Shown: positions 49,552 to 62,055 of the stretch, piece by piece
Layout of the letters: the number at the start of each line of letters is the position of its first letter
Position numbering within the stretch: position 1 is the first letter of the stretch
NCBI RefSeq assembly: GCF_964188315.1
Contig: NC_135670.1
Location: 1,116,001 to 1,180,000 of the forward strand
Length of the DNA stretch: 64,000 bases
Reading direction: 5' to 3'
Origin: Podarcis muralis
Lineage: Eukaryota
Position numbers and translations under genes: made by a program
Notes under the pieces: model-generated
What the model was told of the DNA's origin: nothing
Database searches by the model: none
The model's input: the letters and a program-made list of their open reading frames with translations, nothing else

Positions 49552-52500
49552 ATGACAGTATGGGAAGAAATTAAGATTTTCCCCTTCAAGATAGCACTAT
49601 TTGCAAACTTGTTACTATTGCTGCTGCTACCAGTTGCATGCAAGGTTCTTATTCCTCAATGTTGCATCTGGGACCCTCTTCCTATTCTTCACCAATATTA
49701 TCAGTCTGGAGACCTCATCATTGCTGGCGTTATGTCACAGCTTTATATAGCTTCAAGTATAACAACCTTCGAGGAGCCCCCATCTGCTGAACTCTTTGAT
49801 GACAATGTGTAAGGAGATGTACTTTGCTAACCATATTATACACCTGTAATCAAAATATTCCACATTTGTGATATTGTTGTTTAGTCATTTAGTTGTGTCC
49901 ACCTCTTCGTGACCCCTGGACCAGAGCACACCAGGCATTCCTGTCGTCCACTGCCTCCCGCAGTTTGGTTAAACTCATGCTGGTAGCTTCGAGAACACTG
50001 TCCCACCATCTCGTCCTCCGCCATCCCCTTCTCCTTGTGCCCTCCATCTTTCCCAACATCAGGGTCTTTTCCAGGGAGTCTTCTCATGAGGTGGCCAAAG
50101 TCTTGTAGCCTCAGCTTCGGGATCTGTCCTTCCAGTGAGCACTCAGGGCTGGTTTCCTTCAGAATGGATAGGTTTGATCTTCTTGCAGTCCATGGGACTC
50201 TCAAGAGTCTCCTCCAGCACCAGAATTCAAAAGCATCCATTCTTCGGCGATCAGCCTTCTTTATGGTCCAGCTCTCACTTCCATACATCACTACAGGGAA
50301 AACTATAGCTTTAACTGTATTATTTCATCATTATGCACCATTTCCCCCCTTTTAACAGTTCCAGTGTTTATGGTTGAGGGTAAATTTGCTCAATCAATAT
50401 TGGTAACTATAAACAGTGTCTGTTCGTAGTGAGCAAATACACAATTGTGAGTAGCTCTTTTAAACTATTTCTGTTTTGAAATCAACAGCTTTTAGTACTT
50501 TCCACATTATTTGTGTAGAGACTCCCCTCCCCGCCATATTTGCCATTTTCAGTTTTGGATTCATTTATTGTTTATCGGTCACCTATGCTGAAAGGAATGG
50601 TTCATCACTTTCAAATAGTGAGTTTTAGGTTATCCTTAGAATAATGAGCACTACGATGTCCTCAACTCATTTTAAAAATCTCCCCCCTGATCTTATCATT
50701 TGTACAAGCAGCAGCAACAGCAACAGTAATGGGATTAGGACTTGTAGTAACAAAAGTAATAATATTAGTAGCAACAACAATGGTATATTAAGTTTCTGCC
50801 CTAGAAAAATACATGCACATTGCTGTGGGAAGCATGACTCTGAGACACATGTAAATGTGTGATGAATATGTGAAATTTCCAAATGCATAACCTTAATTAC
50901 AAAATATCTCAGGATTTAACTCAAAATAAATTGCAATTAATATAAGAAAAGCACATTCTATTTTTTGAGTTTTCCAGAATTCAGTAGTAACTAAAGTATT
51001 GCTATGTATAGTTGAGTGATGTGAATGCATATGTCCTCCTGCTCATGGGAACAACACATCCATATTTGTCTGCCAATGTTACCAAACATTCTCCTACACG
51101 GGGTGCATATATTAATAGAATCATAAAATTGTTGAGTTGGAAGGAATCTCAACTAAAGCATCCATGACAGATGGCCATCCAAATTCTGCTTAAAAACTAC
51201 CAATGTAGGTGAGTCCACAACCTTCCAAGGGAGTCGGTTACCCTGTTGAAGAGTTTTTACCATCAGGAATCTCTTCCTGATGTTTAGTCAGAATCTCCTT
51301 TCTTATACCCTGAAGCCTTTGATCTTTTTGAGACAGCTAGATATCTTTATAGAAAAAGAAAGGAGAGAAGAAAAGAAAGAAAAACAGGAAAAAATGAAAG
51401 GGCTTCAGATTCTGTCTGTCAGTTACATAAAAAGAATGATTCAGAACATCACAACATCCAAGTATTCTCCTTTCCATGATCCAGTATTTTTCCGATCTTG
51501 AAATCCAGTTATTGTGTGTTCACCTTCAATTTCAAACAAGTCCAGAAACGGTTCCCAATTTATAGTATTGTTAAAAGTCAGCAATAGTTTTTCAGTAGCT
51601 AAACATACCAGCTTTGCCTCCAACAATTTCAGCAAGCATACCTCCATATTAAATAACGATAAATCTTTCCCTCTCTGTATGTATAAGAGTATCACATCTG
51701 TGAACATACATTGAGACAATATTCAATATACATTGGTCCACACTCAGTTCTTTACCTTCAATTTCCACTTCTTGTAGTATTTGCTATGTTTTTCCAGCCT
51801 GATCCCATTTACGTTTCCATTTGCATTTCTTCCATTCTTTTTTCACAAAGCGTGCCCAGGATTTAGTAGCTTTGTAACCTGGGATCACACCGAGTCGTAG
51901 GGAGAGCTCTTTCTCTCTCCATTCCACAGATGCCCAGAAATCTCTCCATGTCTCCATTTATAACCTCATTTATGTTTCCCAGAATCCCAGCTCTATCACT
52001 GAGTTGCTTCAGTTCTCCATATGCCTGTATTCTCCCAATTCATCAAGTGAGTTCTTCCAGCTCATCAGTTGCTCCTTGTAGCTTTGCCATAGTTTCATCT
52101 CTCAGTCTTGCCAGTTCTTTGTTGTCAAAAGCTGCCATCAATTTCATTCACCTCTGGTTTAATTTAGTTCTGTGCATTTTTATATATGAATCTCATTTCC
52201 AGGTCAGTGACACAACTCTACCAGCACATTATGGCCTTTGTATTTGCTGTAGAGGAGATCAATGAAAACCCCTATATCTTACCCAATGTCACACTGGGCT
52301 GCCACATATATAACAGCCATTTCACCGCAGGCTGGACCTATCATGCCTCAGTGGAACTCCTCTCTGGACGGGGCAGACTCACCCCCAACTACAAGTGTGA
52401 TGGTGAGAGCACTCCAGTAGCAGCCGTTGGGGGACCAAACTCCGACTTATGTCTCTACATGTCAGCTGTCCTGTCCATGTACAAGATGCCACAAGTAAGT

Positions 52501-55500
52501 TAAGTGTATAGACATTTGCTGGTGAGAGATTTGTCCAAAACATTCTCACCCTGTTTGCTGAGGGAGGTTTGTGTTTTGATTTCATGCAAAGGTTTACAAA
52601 AATCACATTTGCTAATGTTAATTGAATCAGTAGAATAAAGTTACAAAGCAACCAGTACTAGTACGGGAAGAACTGAGTGCTACAGTGGAGATAAGCATTT
52701 CCTCTCTAAACATAATATCCATAAATGCCAATTAGAAAGATTTGCCAATGCCAGTTAAAAAGTCATTGCCTGCACAGGGAATGACTTTCTTTCTTAAGGC
52801 TTTAGAAACATAATCCATGATCTGCATTGTTTGAAATGGAAAACGCTTTTTTATCACCTTAACACAGTATTCAATCAATCAACCGTTACTGGCCAATCCG
52901 TATGACATAATTTCCTTTAAATCAGCACACTAGTTGACCTTAAANNNNNNNNNNNNNNNNNNNNNNNNNNNNNNNNNNNNNNNNNNNNNNNNNNNNNNNN
53001 NNNNNNNNNNNNNNNNNNNNNNNNNNNNNNNNNNNNNNNNNNNNNNNNNNNNNNNNNNNNNNNNNNNNNNNNNNNNNNNNNNNNNNNNNNNNNNNNNNNN
53101 NNNNNNNNNNNNNNNNNNNNNNNNNNNNNNNNNNNNNNNNNNNNNNNNNNNNNNNNNNNNNNNNNNNNNNNNNNNNNNNNNNNNNNNNNNNNNNNNNNNN
53201 NNNNNNNNNNNNNNNNNNNNNNNNNNNNNNNNNNNNNNNNNNNNNNNNNNNNNNNNNNNNNNNNNNNNNNNNNNNNNNNNNNNNNNNNNNNNNNNNNNNN
53301 NNNNNNNNNNNNNNNNNNNNNNNNNNNNNNNNNNNNNNNNNNNNNNNNNNNNNNNNNNNNNNNNNNNNNNNNNNNNNNNNNNNNNNNNNNNNNNNNNNNN
53401 NNNNNNNNNNNNNNNNNNNNNNNNNNNNNNNNNNNNNNNNNNNNNNNNNNNNNNNNNNNNNNNNNNNNNNNNNNNNNNNNNNNNNNNNNNNNNNNNNNNN
53501 NNNNNNNNNNNNNNNNNNNNNNNNNNNNNNNNNNNNNNNNNNNNNNNNNNNNNNNNNNNNNNNNNNNNNNNNNNNNNNNNNNNNNNNNNNNNNNNNNNNN
53601 NNNNNNNNNNTACTTTCTTTCTTGTTCTACTCACTGTTCTATTCCTGGCATCCCAACTGCATATATACATCGCCCAAATTTACAAAGCTTATGTCCAGGG
53701 TACCTCAAGGACTGCCTGAACCCTTATATCCCAGCTCAATCACTAAGATCATATGCAGGAGCATCTCTTGTCATTCCATGAGTTGACAAGGCTCATTTGA
53801 CTACCACAAGAAACCAAGCTTTTAGCGATTTGCACAGTATTGACTCAATTCAATTCAACCCAATCTCCTTTATTGGCATAAAAAGAGTGCATCGTATATA
53901 TGGATCCGAACACAACACAGGTAACAAAACATAGTAGGAGGTACTTTGGGATAAAACCATCCAGACATCGTGAGAAGCAAAGACGGCTCTAAAGATCTAT
54001 AGGGGCGTAATTTCATGGCGTCACTCAAAATTTTTGCCACATTCTCCACAGAAGTCAACAGGGACTCCGCAGGTGTCTTCTGCTTCAACTTGTAAATGTC
54101 TGCTGAAAAGTTTTATATACCATCAGTTTTATGTAGGCAATGAAGAGTCCATCTTTCTACCATAGTTGCCTGATTTCTGATGTTAACTCTTTTTTTGTAG
54201 GGTTTTTATGGTATAGTTATTATGTCCAGTTTTTGTAAAATTCCTTGATGTTTTCTATGAATTGATATATATACACCCACCTGCCTTGTATAACTAAAAG
54301 TCACTTAAATCAATACTTTTCCAAAACCACTCCCTTCTAATTCTATTAACCTAATGGAATTATTTTTGGGGGGCAGGGGACCTTCTTGTCCATAAACGTT
54401 AATCAAAGGAAAAAAGCCCCAAAATATTTAGTTTTGTTGAAACCTGATATCTTAATGTTGTGACACTTCCCTCTTTTAAAAATTATTCTCTTTAGCTCAT
54501 CTACGGCTCTTCTCCTGTGACAAATAGCAACATCCAAGGAGCTTTTCTCCATCAGATGTTCCCAAAGGGGTCTCATCAATATAAGGGGATTCTCCAGCTC
54601 CTACTGCATTTCAGATGGATATGGATTGGGGTGTTATTTCTCGAAGATGACACTGGAGAGATGTTTGTACAAAATGTTCTTCCCATGTTTGCCGAGAGAG
54701 GCATTTGCGTTGCTTTTCAAGAAACATTTCCTAAACTAACATTTTCCAGTGAGTTTTATGAAACACTTGAGGAATATTCAAAAGCATTGGATATTATTAT
54801 GGAAAGCACTGCCAATGTTGTGCTTGTGAATGGTGAAATTCATACCATGATGGTAATGCGGGCCATGCTCAAGCTTCAAGGAACAGATGATATACCAATG
54901 CAATCCAAGACAAAGGTCTGGGTTATGACAGCCCAGATGGATTTCGCTTCGTGTTCATTTGTGAAATATTTGGACGTACAAGTCTTCCATGGAGCTCTAT
55001 CCTTTGCAGTCCACTCAAAGGAGATTCCTGGATTCCAGAAATTTCTTCAGATGAGAAATCCTAACTTGGAAGTTGAAGATGGCTTTATCAGAGACTTCTG
55101 GGAAGCAGCATTTGAATGTGTTTTCCCTCATCCATCTCTAGAGAAAGCACACAACAAATGTTGCACTGGGGAGGAGAAGCTGGAGGACCTTCCTGCATCT
55201 GTTTTTGAAATGAAGACAAGTAGCCACAGCTATGCCATCTACAATGCTCTATATGCTCTTGCACATGCTCTGAATGCTATGCATCACCACACAATAAAAT
55301 ACAGAGCAATGGCAGAAGAAGAGAAATGGGATTTCCTAAGTCTACACTCCTGGCAGGTAATGAGAGAGTCCAACATAGGGTTGCCATATGTCCAGATTTT
55401 CCCTGACATATACAGAATACTGCAGCCAGCAGCAGTGTCTGGGCAGAAATTGGTCAAATGTCTAAGTAATCGGTCCAATGTCAGCAGTGCCGTTTTTGCT

Positions 55501-58500
55501 GATTCTCCATAAAAATAGCTCAAAAATGGTAGTTTTCCCCCTGCAATTTTGCCAAAAAAGCTCAACAACTTTGCTCCCAAAACAATTGTTCTGTCCGGAT
55601 TTTAATGGCTTGAAATATGGCAACCCTAAACTAAAAAAGTTTACTATATCTGTGAGTATCTAGAAATTGTTTTATGTCATTTTATGTTATTTTGCACCCT
55701 ATGGTGTTAACTGCTTTGAGAGTTGTGCAGGTGGGATAAAAAATATTATAATAAATGCATATCACTGCTAAGACATGGAGTGCTCTGGTTTCTTTTTAAA
55801 AACAATTCATATCATTCCCACTTTCTTTGTATATCCTCTGATATTTAACTGTTTTGAGTGCTGTGATCTCAGTGGACAGATTGAATTTAAGATTTCATAT
55901 CATTTTCCTAGTGCTAAAAATACTCTCCAAAGAGCATTTCCATGAATCATTACTCAATTTGTTACACAATCAGTTTCTAATAAGTCCCTGATACAAAAAT
56001 GACAAAGATTCACCTGCATAGTTTTTTAAAGAACAATGAACCATAGCCCTCACATGTGAAATGTAATCAGCTTCTTGTAAATGTAAATTGTTCAACAAAT
56101 CGTTATGAATTCCATTTTTTATTCTCCCTCTGATCTAGCTCCACAAAATTCTGAGAAGAGTCTCTTTTAACAATAGTGTTGGGGGGAAAGTTTCCCTTGA
56201 CCAAAATGGGGAATTGATTACTGGATTTGATATAATCAATTGGGTTGTGTTGCCAAATGAGTCCTTTATCAGAGTCAAAGTTGGAGCAATGGACACACAG
56301 GTTGCCTCGGAAGAAGGCTTCAGCTTGGATTATGATGCCATTGTGTGGCCCAACAGGTTCAACCAGGTAAAGTCCACTCCAGGGATTCTCCATTCATTTC
56401 CTCAATGGTCAATAAATGTTTCACTGGTTAAACCCTAAAACAGATCTCCCTCACAGTTAAATTAAATGTGGCTGGGAGATCTGGGACCACAGCACCAATC
56501 TAGATCATCTTCCAAAGTAATGATTCCAATATTGATGAGGAATACATCAGGATCAAACAAGAGCTCAACACATTGGACAGAGGGACAAGGATTGATTTTG
56601 ATGAAAGCATTCAGGAAGCTTTGGGGCTATCCCTTCTTGATATTCAAAAGGACTGAATAGGTTGTCTAATTACTGTTTTACTAACATATGGGGGTTCAAC
56701 TAAATGACCCTTGGGATCCCTTCCAACAATTCTATGGTGTGATATGATTGGCTGTGCAGCAGATTCAGCCAACTCCCAAACAGAACCAGGCCCATTCAGG
56801 CCAATTGGTGTCCTGTCCTGATAGGGTTGAAGCAGCTACAAATCACTACAGGGTGGACCAGCACATCCAAAATCAGTTTGTAGAAATCTGTGCCATTTTG
56901 TACCTCAGAGCAGCCCCTTTTAAGAGCAGAATGTCTCTGAAATGTGGCAACTGTTAATTATAATTGAAAATAAGGAGAACGCCTAGGTGGAGACCCCACC
57001 CAACACTCTCCAATCACATGCTGGGCAGTGTGACACTGAAGGGGTTTATTTTCTATCTTTTCCCAGTCAATCCCAGTCCTATCCTTCTGTGTGTTCTTTT
57101 TTTTTTTAAAAAAAGCTGTGTTTTAAAATTTTCTCACTGCTAATCATTGTTGCTGTTGTTGCTGCATTTATAGTTTCTCACAACAAAATATCAGAAGGAC
57201 ACAGCTTGCTTGCTTTTTAAAATAATTTTTATTAGTTTTCCAATATACCCCCAATAATAGCCAAATTATAACAATTATCAATTCATTCCCAAATAATATA
57301 ATTATCAAAGTGCCAATCAACTTGCAATTAATACGTTTTAGTTAAAGTGGCTTCCCCCATAATGGTTTGGGTGCGTTTCCGATCTCATATCACTGCGTTC
57401 CATAATCTCAATTAATGTTGGTTACATTTCAGTTATGATAATAATAATCCGTTAGTCAACAGCTACATAATTAATGATTTCCATTCGTGATGTTACAATA
57501 TATAAATTTATAAAGCTTCAAGTGAGGAACTCAAACTATTAAGGACCCAGCTTGTTTTCTGCATCCTAGTGGTGTTACACCATTTTATTTTTTAACCCAA
57601 GTGCAGCGGGCCAGAGGTCACCAGTGGGAGGAGTTTGGAAGTGCAGATGCTGCAAAAATGGAATGACAATGGCTTGTGATCTAAATGGCCACAACATTAT
57701 TGATTACAGTTTTAGGCCGGCTTTGGCATAGGCATTGGGTATTTATCCTGAATCAGCCAATGCTATGATAGGGTCTCTACTGCGACTTCAATGAATATTT
57801 TACTTTTTCTCTTTGCTGACAATTTGCCCCTCAGAAGACCCCTGACTTTTGTTATCCTACCAAGTGGGCTGCTGCCTGCCCATTAATCTCCAGGTTTTTA
57901 AAAAGATAAACACAAAGGTTCTCAAATACTTGGTGTAAGAAACTGGGCAAACACATGAGTATGAGAAGTTGCAGAATTGAGCACTCATGGTCTTTGTAAT
58001 ATTTTATTTTTAATGGATTTTTAAAGGGGACTAGCATGGAAGCCCCTGGAGTGACCCACCTGAAATTTGGGGGGGTGAATCCCCTTGTAGGGACTACAGT
58101 GTCCCCAGCCTTCATGGCACTATGTCAAATAAACAAGAAATTTGTGTCCATTTTGCTTCACAATGCAAGTCAAAGGGATTTCCGGAGGTATGTAAAATCC
58201 AGATCATGATCCAAACGAGGCTATAAATCAGGTAAGATTTTCAGACTGGAGCCACAGATCAGGTTCCGGAGGTCCTCGCACAGCCCTAGTACATTAACAA
58301 TATTGCTAAAAGAGAATGTCTTTATCCTGAATCTTCAGTGCTATTCTAAACATTTTGATAACAACAATAACAACATTTTAATTAACATGGTTATGGGTTT
58401 CTAAAGACAGAGGTTCCAACACTCTGTCCAGTATTGTGGTGGTTGCATTAAAAGGAATCCTCACTCAAAACTTCTGTTATTTTTCTTTACACCAACTGAT

Positions 58501-60365
58501 TTCTAAACTGCAGGTTTCTTGGATGGGCCTGTGAGACATGAACTACCTAACTTCTCTCTCTTCTCCCTCTCTCTTAAAAATAAACAGTCACGACCTGCTT
58601 CTCTGTGCAATCAGAACTGCCACTTTGGTTATAGTCGTGCCAAAAAGGAAGGGAAGCCATCTTGCTGCTATGATTGTCTCCCATGTTCAGAAGGAAAGAT
58701 TTCCAACAAGGAAGGTAAGAGATGTTTTGGACAGTATTTATAGACTCCATCAGGTATGATCCAGTACATGCACGTCAGAAACTAATTTCCCTGATTCTTA
58801 AATTGTATGGATTTGGCTGATAGTATGCAGTTAAACGCAGTCGTACCTCAGATCCCGAACGCCTTGCGACTCAAAGGTTTTGGCTCCCGGATACCGCAAA
58901 CCTGGAAGTGAGTGTTCCGGTTTGCAAACGTTCTTTGGAACCCAAACATCTGACACGGCTGACACGGCTTCCGAATGAGTGCAGGAAACTCCTGCAGCCC
59001 ATCGGAAGCCGTGCCTTGGTTTTTGAACATTTTCGGAAATTGAACAGACTTCTGGAATAGATTCTGTTTGAGAGCCAAGGTATGACTGTATTGCCATGGG
59101 TCAGATTGGCCATACACAGAGGGCATGGAAGAGGGTGCTAGCAAAGCCTTGGGGGAGGGCAAAGATCACCCAGAAGAGGGTTGCTTGGGGGAAATGACAG
59201 TGAGGGCAGAGAGTGTCCCACCTCAAGTTGTCAGAATGAGGTGGATATGTGGAACCTGGTAGAGGGCAGCAGGATGGCCTGGGGAGTGAGCACAGGACTG
59301 GTGGAAGAATTGCCGCAGGGGCCTGATCCAAGAAAGAAGGAAGCCCATAGACCTCCTCCCCGCTGCTGCTGTCTCCTCAAGTTCATAGGCAGGCAAGGAG
59401 GAAGGAACAATGTCATTTGCCTTGGAAGCTAAATTTATTTTTGTTTTCCAGACATGGATGACTGTTTTCAATGTCCACAAGATCATTACCCAAACAATGC
59501 CCAGGATGGATGCCTTCCCAAGAAAATAACCTTCTTGTCCTATGGAGAACCCTTGGGGATCAGTCTGGCCACTTTTGCCCTCTCCTTTTCTATCACCACA
59601 GCTTGGGTGCTTTGGATCTTTGTTGAGCACCAGGACACTCCCATCGTCAAAGCCAACAACCGGAACCTCACCTACACTCTCCTCATCTCCCTCCTGCTCT
59701 CCTTCTTTTGTGCTTTGCTCTTCATTGGCCAACCTGAGAAGGTGACGTGCCTCATTCGACAAATTGCTTTCGGCATGATCTTCTCATTGGTAGTTTCTTG
59801 CATCTTGGCCAAAACCACCCTTGTGACTCTCGCTTTCATGGCCACAAGACCAGGGTCTAAATACAGAACATGGGTTGGGGGGAAATTGTCCAATTCCATT
59901 ATTCTTTCCTGCACCCTTACTCAATCTGCAATTTGTTGTGTGTGGCTGGCAACCTCTCCCCCATTCCCGGATCTTGACATGCATTCAATGACTACAGAAA
60001 TTTTACTGGAATGTAATGAAGGATCAACGGTCATGTTTTACTGTGTCCTGGGTTTCATGAGTTTACTGGCCTTTGGCAGTTTCATTGTGGCTTTCCTAGC
60101 TAGAAAACTGCCCGACAGTTTCAATGAAGCCAAATTTATTACCTTCAGCATGCTGGTCTTTTGTAGTGTTTGGTTGTCCTTTGTTCCAACCTACCTGAGC
60201 ACCAAGGGCAAATACATGGTGGCTGTGGAGATCTTCTCCATCTTGGCATCTGGTTCTGGCTTACTAGGCTGCATCTTTTCCCCCAAATGCTATGTCATTT
60301 TACTGAGGCCTGAGTTGAACAGAAGGCAGGTGTTAATAAGAAGAGAAAATCAAAGAATCAACTAG
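49552..60365 (+). CDS. V2R gene F, complete 6-exon ORF (~892 aa from ATG 49552)
   Basis: Exons 49552-49808, 52203-52494, 54496-55356, 56139-56366, 58588-58714, 59452-60365; 2679 bp in frame with no stops. The conserved start (AAG ATG in C, D and G) is AAG ATA at 49591, so the start codon is uncertain. There is an N gap in intron 2. Confidence 0.88.
49874..50317 (-). mobile_element. Bov-B (RTE) LINE 3' fragment
   Basis: [45 protein letters not shown], plus (CAA)n tail. Confidence 0.9.
51115..51305 (-). mobile_element. CR1 LINE 3' fragment
   Basis: ATAGAATCATAAAATTGTTGAGTTGGAAGG...AAAGCATCCATGACAGATGGCCATCC, the reverse complement of the 12640-12828 type. Confidence 0.75.
52945..53610. other. 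Assembly gap (666 N)
   Basis: Run of N in intron 2 of V2R F. Confidence 0.99.
58838..59088. mobile_element. Tc1/mariner-type MITE
   Basis: CAGTCGTACCT...AGGTATGACTG-TA TIRs. Confidence 0.75.
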
Positions 60366-60479
60366 TCTCTTTAAATTCAGCTCTAACTAAATCCCGTTTG
60401 ATTCAATAGCATATAATTAGAAAACAGTGATCCATCTTTCCAAATAATTTCCTCACTTGAGTAGGCACCTTCTCTAATT

Positions 60480-60975
60480 CCAACTCTTCTCCCACTTCTG
60501 CCCTGGACGCACAATGTGGCTTGCTGTCACCTTGTAGATGTCATCTGATATGTTGGAACCCAGGTAGACAAAATTGTCTTCTACCTCAAGTGTGTGGTCA
60601 TCAATGCTGATGCATGAAGTGCTGGTGATGTCTTGACCCAGGATGTTGGCCTTTGTTAGGCTGATGGGCAAAATGGATGATGAGACTCTGTAAAGCTTCC
60701 TTGGAGAATGTTGTCAAGGCTGTATCATCTGCAAACAACATCTCTCAGATAAGGACCTGCTACACTTGCGTCCTGCTGCAGAGAAATGTCAGGTTGTACA
60801 GACCCCCCATCGTGCCTTGAATGAAAGGACACACCGTCTTCAGTTGTGCTGAATTCATATGAGAGCATAAGAGATAAGAACATGCCAAAGAGAGTCGGGA
60901 CAAGAATACAGTCCTGTTTCACAGCACTCTTTTTAGGCCTCCAAGGATGAGCTGTCATCTAGTTACTGGATGGTG
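60480..60975 (-). mobile_element. RTE-clade LINE RT fragment (frameshifted)
   Basis: VKQDCILVPTLF (QGC motif), LFADDTAL, ISLTKANIL...VEDNFVYLGSNIS. Confidence 0.8.
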
Positions 60976-61770
60976 CTGTTGTATATCACTTGCATGCCAG
61001 GAGCTGATGTAACTAAATGCTTCACCAATTAATAATTAGAAATCCAGTCCCATCTACTTGTTGGTCTGGATGTGTTCAGAACAGGATAGCTGTAGGACTG
61101 ATTGGGACATAGCCGAACAAGACCTAATGGTCAAAACTGATCTATAGTATTAATGTTCGTTGCCCCATCTGCATTATTATGCATTTTCCCTTTGTATATG
61201 TTTGTTGTAGTATGTTTTAATATATGTGTGTTTTATTGTTGATTGCACCTGATAGGGACCCTCATTCTGTGTTGTAAACAGTTGGGGACCAGGTTACCTA
61301 ATGAACCCCTAAATGGGAACTGAGATCAGTTTCAGTGGCCCAGATATCTAACCTGGGTATTAGAAAGAGGGACTTCCCCCAAATTCACGTCTTCGGATCT
61401 CTCTCCACAGAGCAGAATAAGGGGAGAAAGTGGAGCACCTTCTAACATTTTCTCAGCTTCCTTCTTTTCTGGGCCCAAAACTTATCAGGCAATCTGGAAT
61501 AACATATGTTAATTATCTATACCATAATGGGACAGAAATGTCTGCAGACTTCTGAAGTAGGAAAATACATATGGAAAAACTCTGATTCCTCCAAAGCAGT
61601 TGAAGTTTTCTTTTGGACTTTGAAGTATTCCAATTGCATTTGGGGAGGAAGAATTTAATCCACTTTTCTGAATTAATAGCACTTACTCATATTTGGTAGA
61701 CTATGCTTTGACTGAGATGTATTGCTGACTTTTTTTGCCAAAGTCACTGAGAATGTATAACCCAGAACAG

Positions 61771-61894
61771 GTGATTATTTCTGCTGTAATTATCATTAAT
61801 CACAATTGCTGCTACTTTTCTCTCCATCCTAAGGGATATCCAATGACCACATTCCAAATAACAGACTTACACTAGCAGATGTTATTAATACCCC
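61771..61894 (+). promoter_or_regulatory. Conserved promoter module of V2R G
   Basis: GTGATTATTTCTGCTGTAATTATCATTAATCAC, O/E-like TCCTAAGGGA (61827) and TGTTATTAATACCCC. Confidence 0.6.
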
Positions 61895-62055
61895 CAGTGC
61901 CATTCGGAGGTTGAACTATAGACACACAAGGCTCTGTAGCTCTGATCACTGATTATGCATGTTGCATGCTTCTAGCATTGAATCAGCGGAGTGAGTTGCC
62001 ATTCTAGTAAGGTTTGCTATTCAGGGGTGGGGAGAAAGATTAACTGTCTTCCAAA

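Noticed and set aside
52930-53719. 246-261 aa ORFs (and similar ORFs at 32181-32573)
   Set aside because: They are runs of N from assembly gaps.
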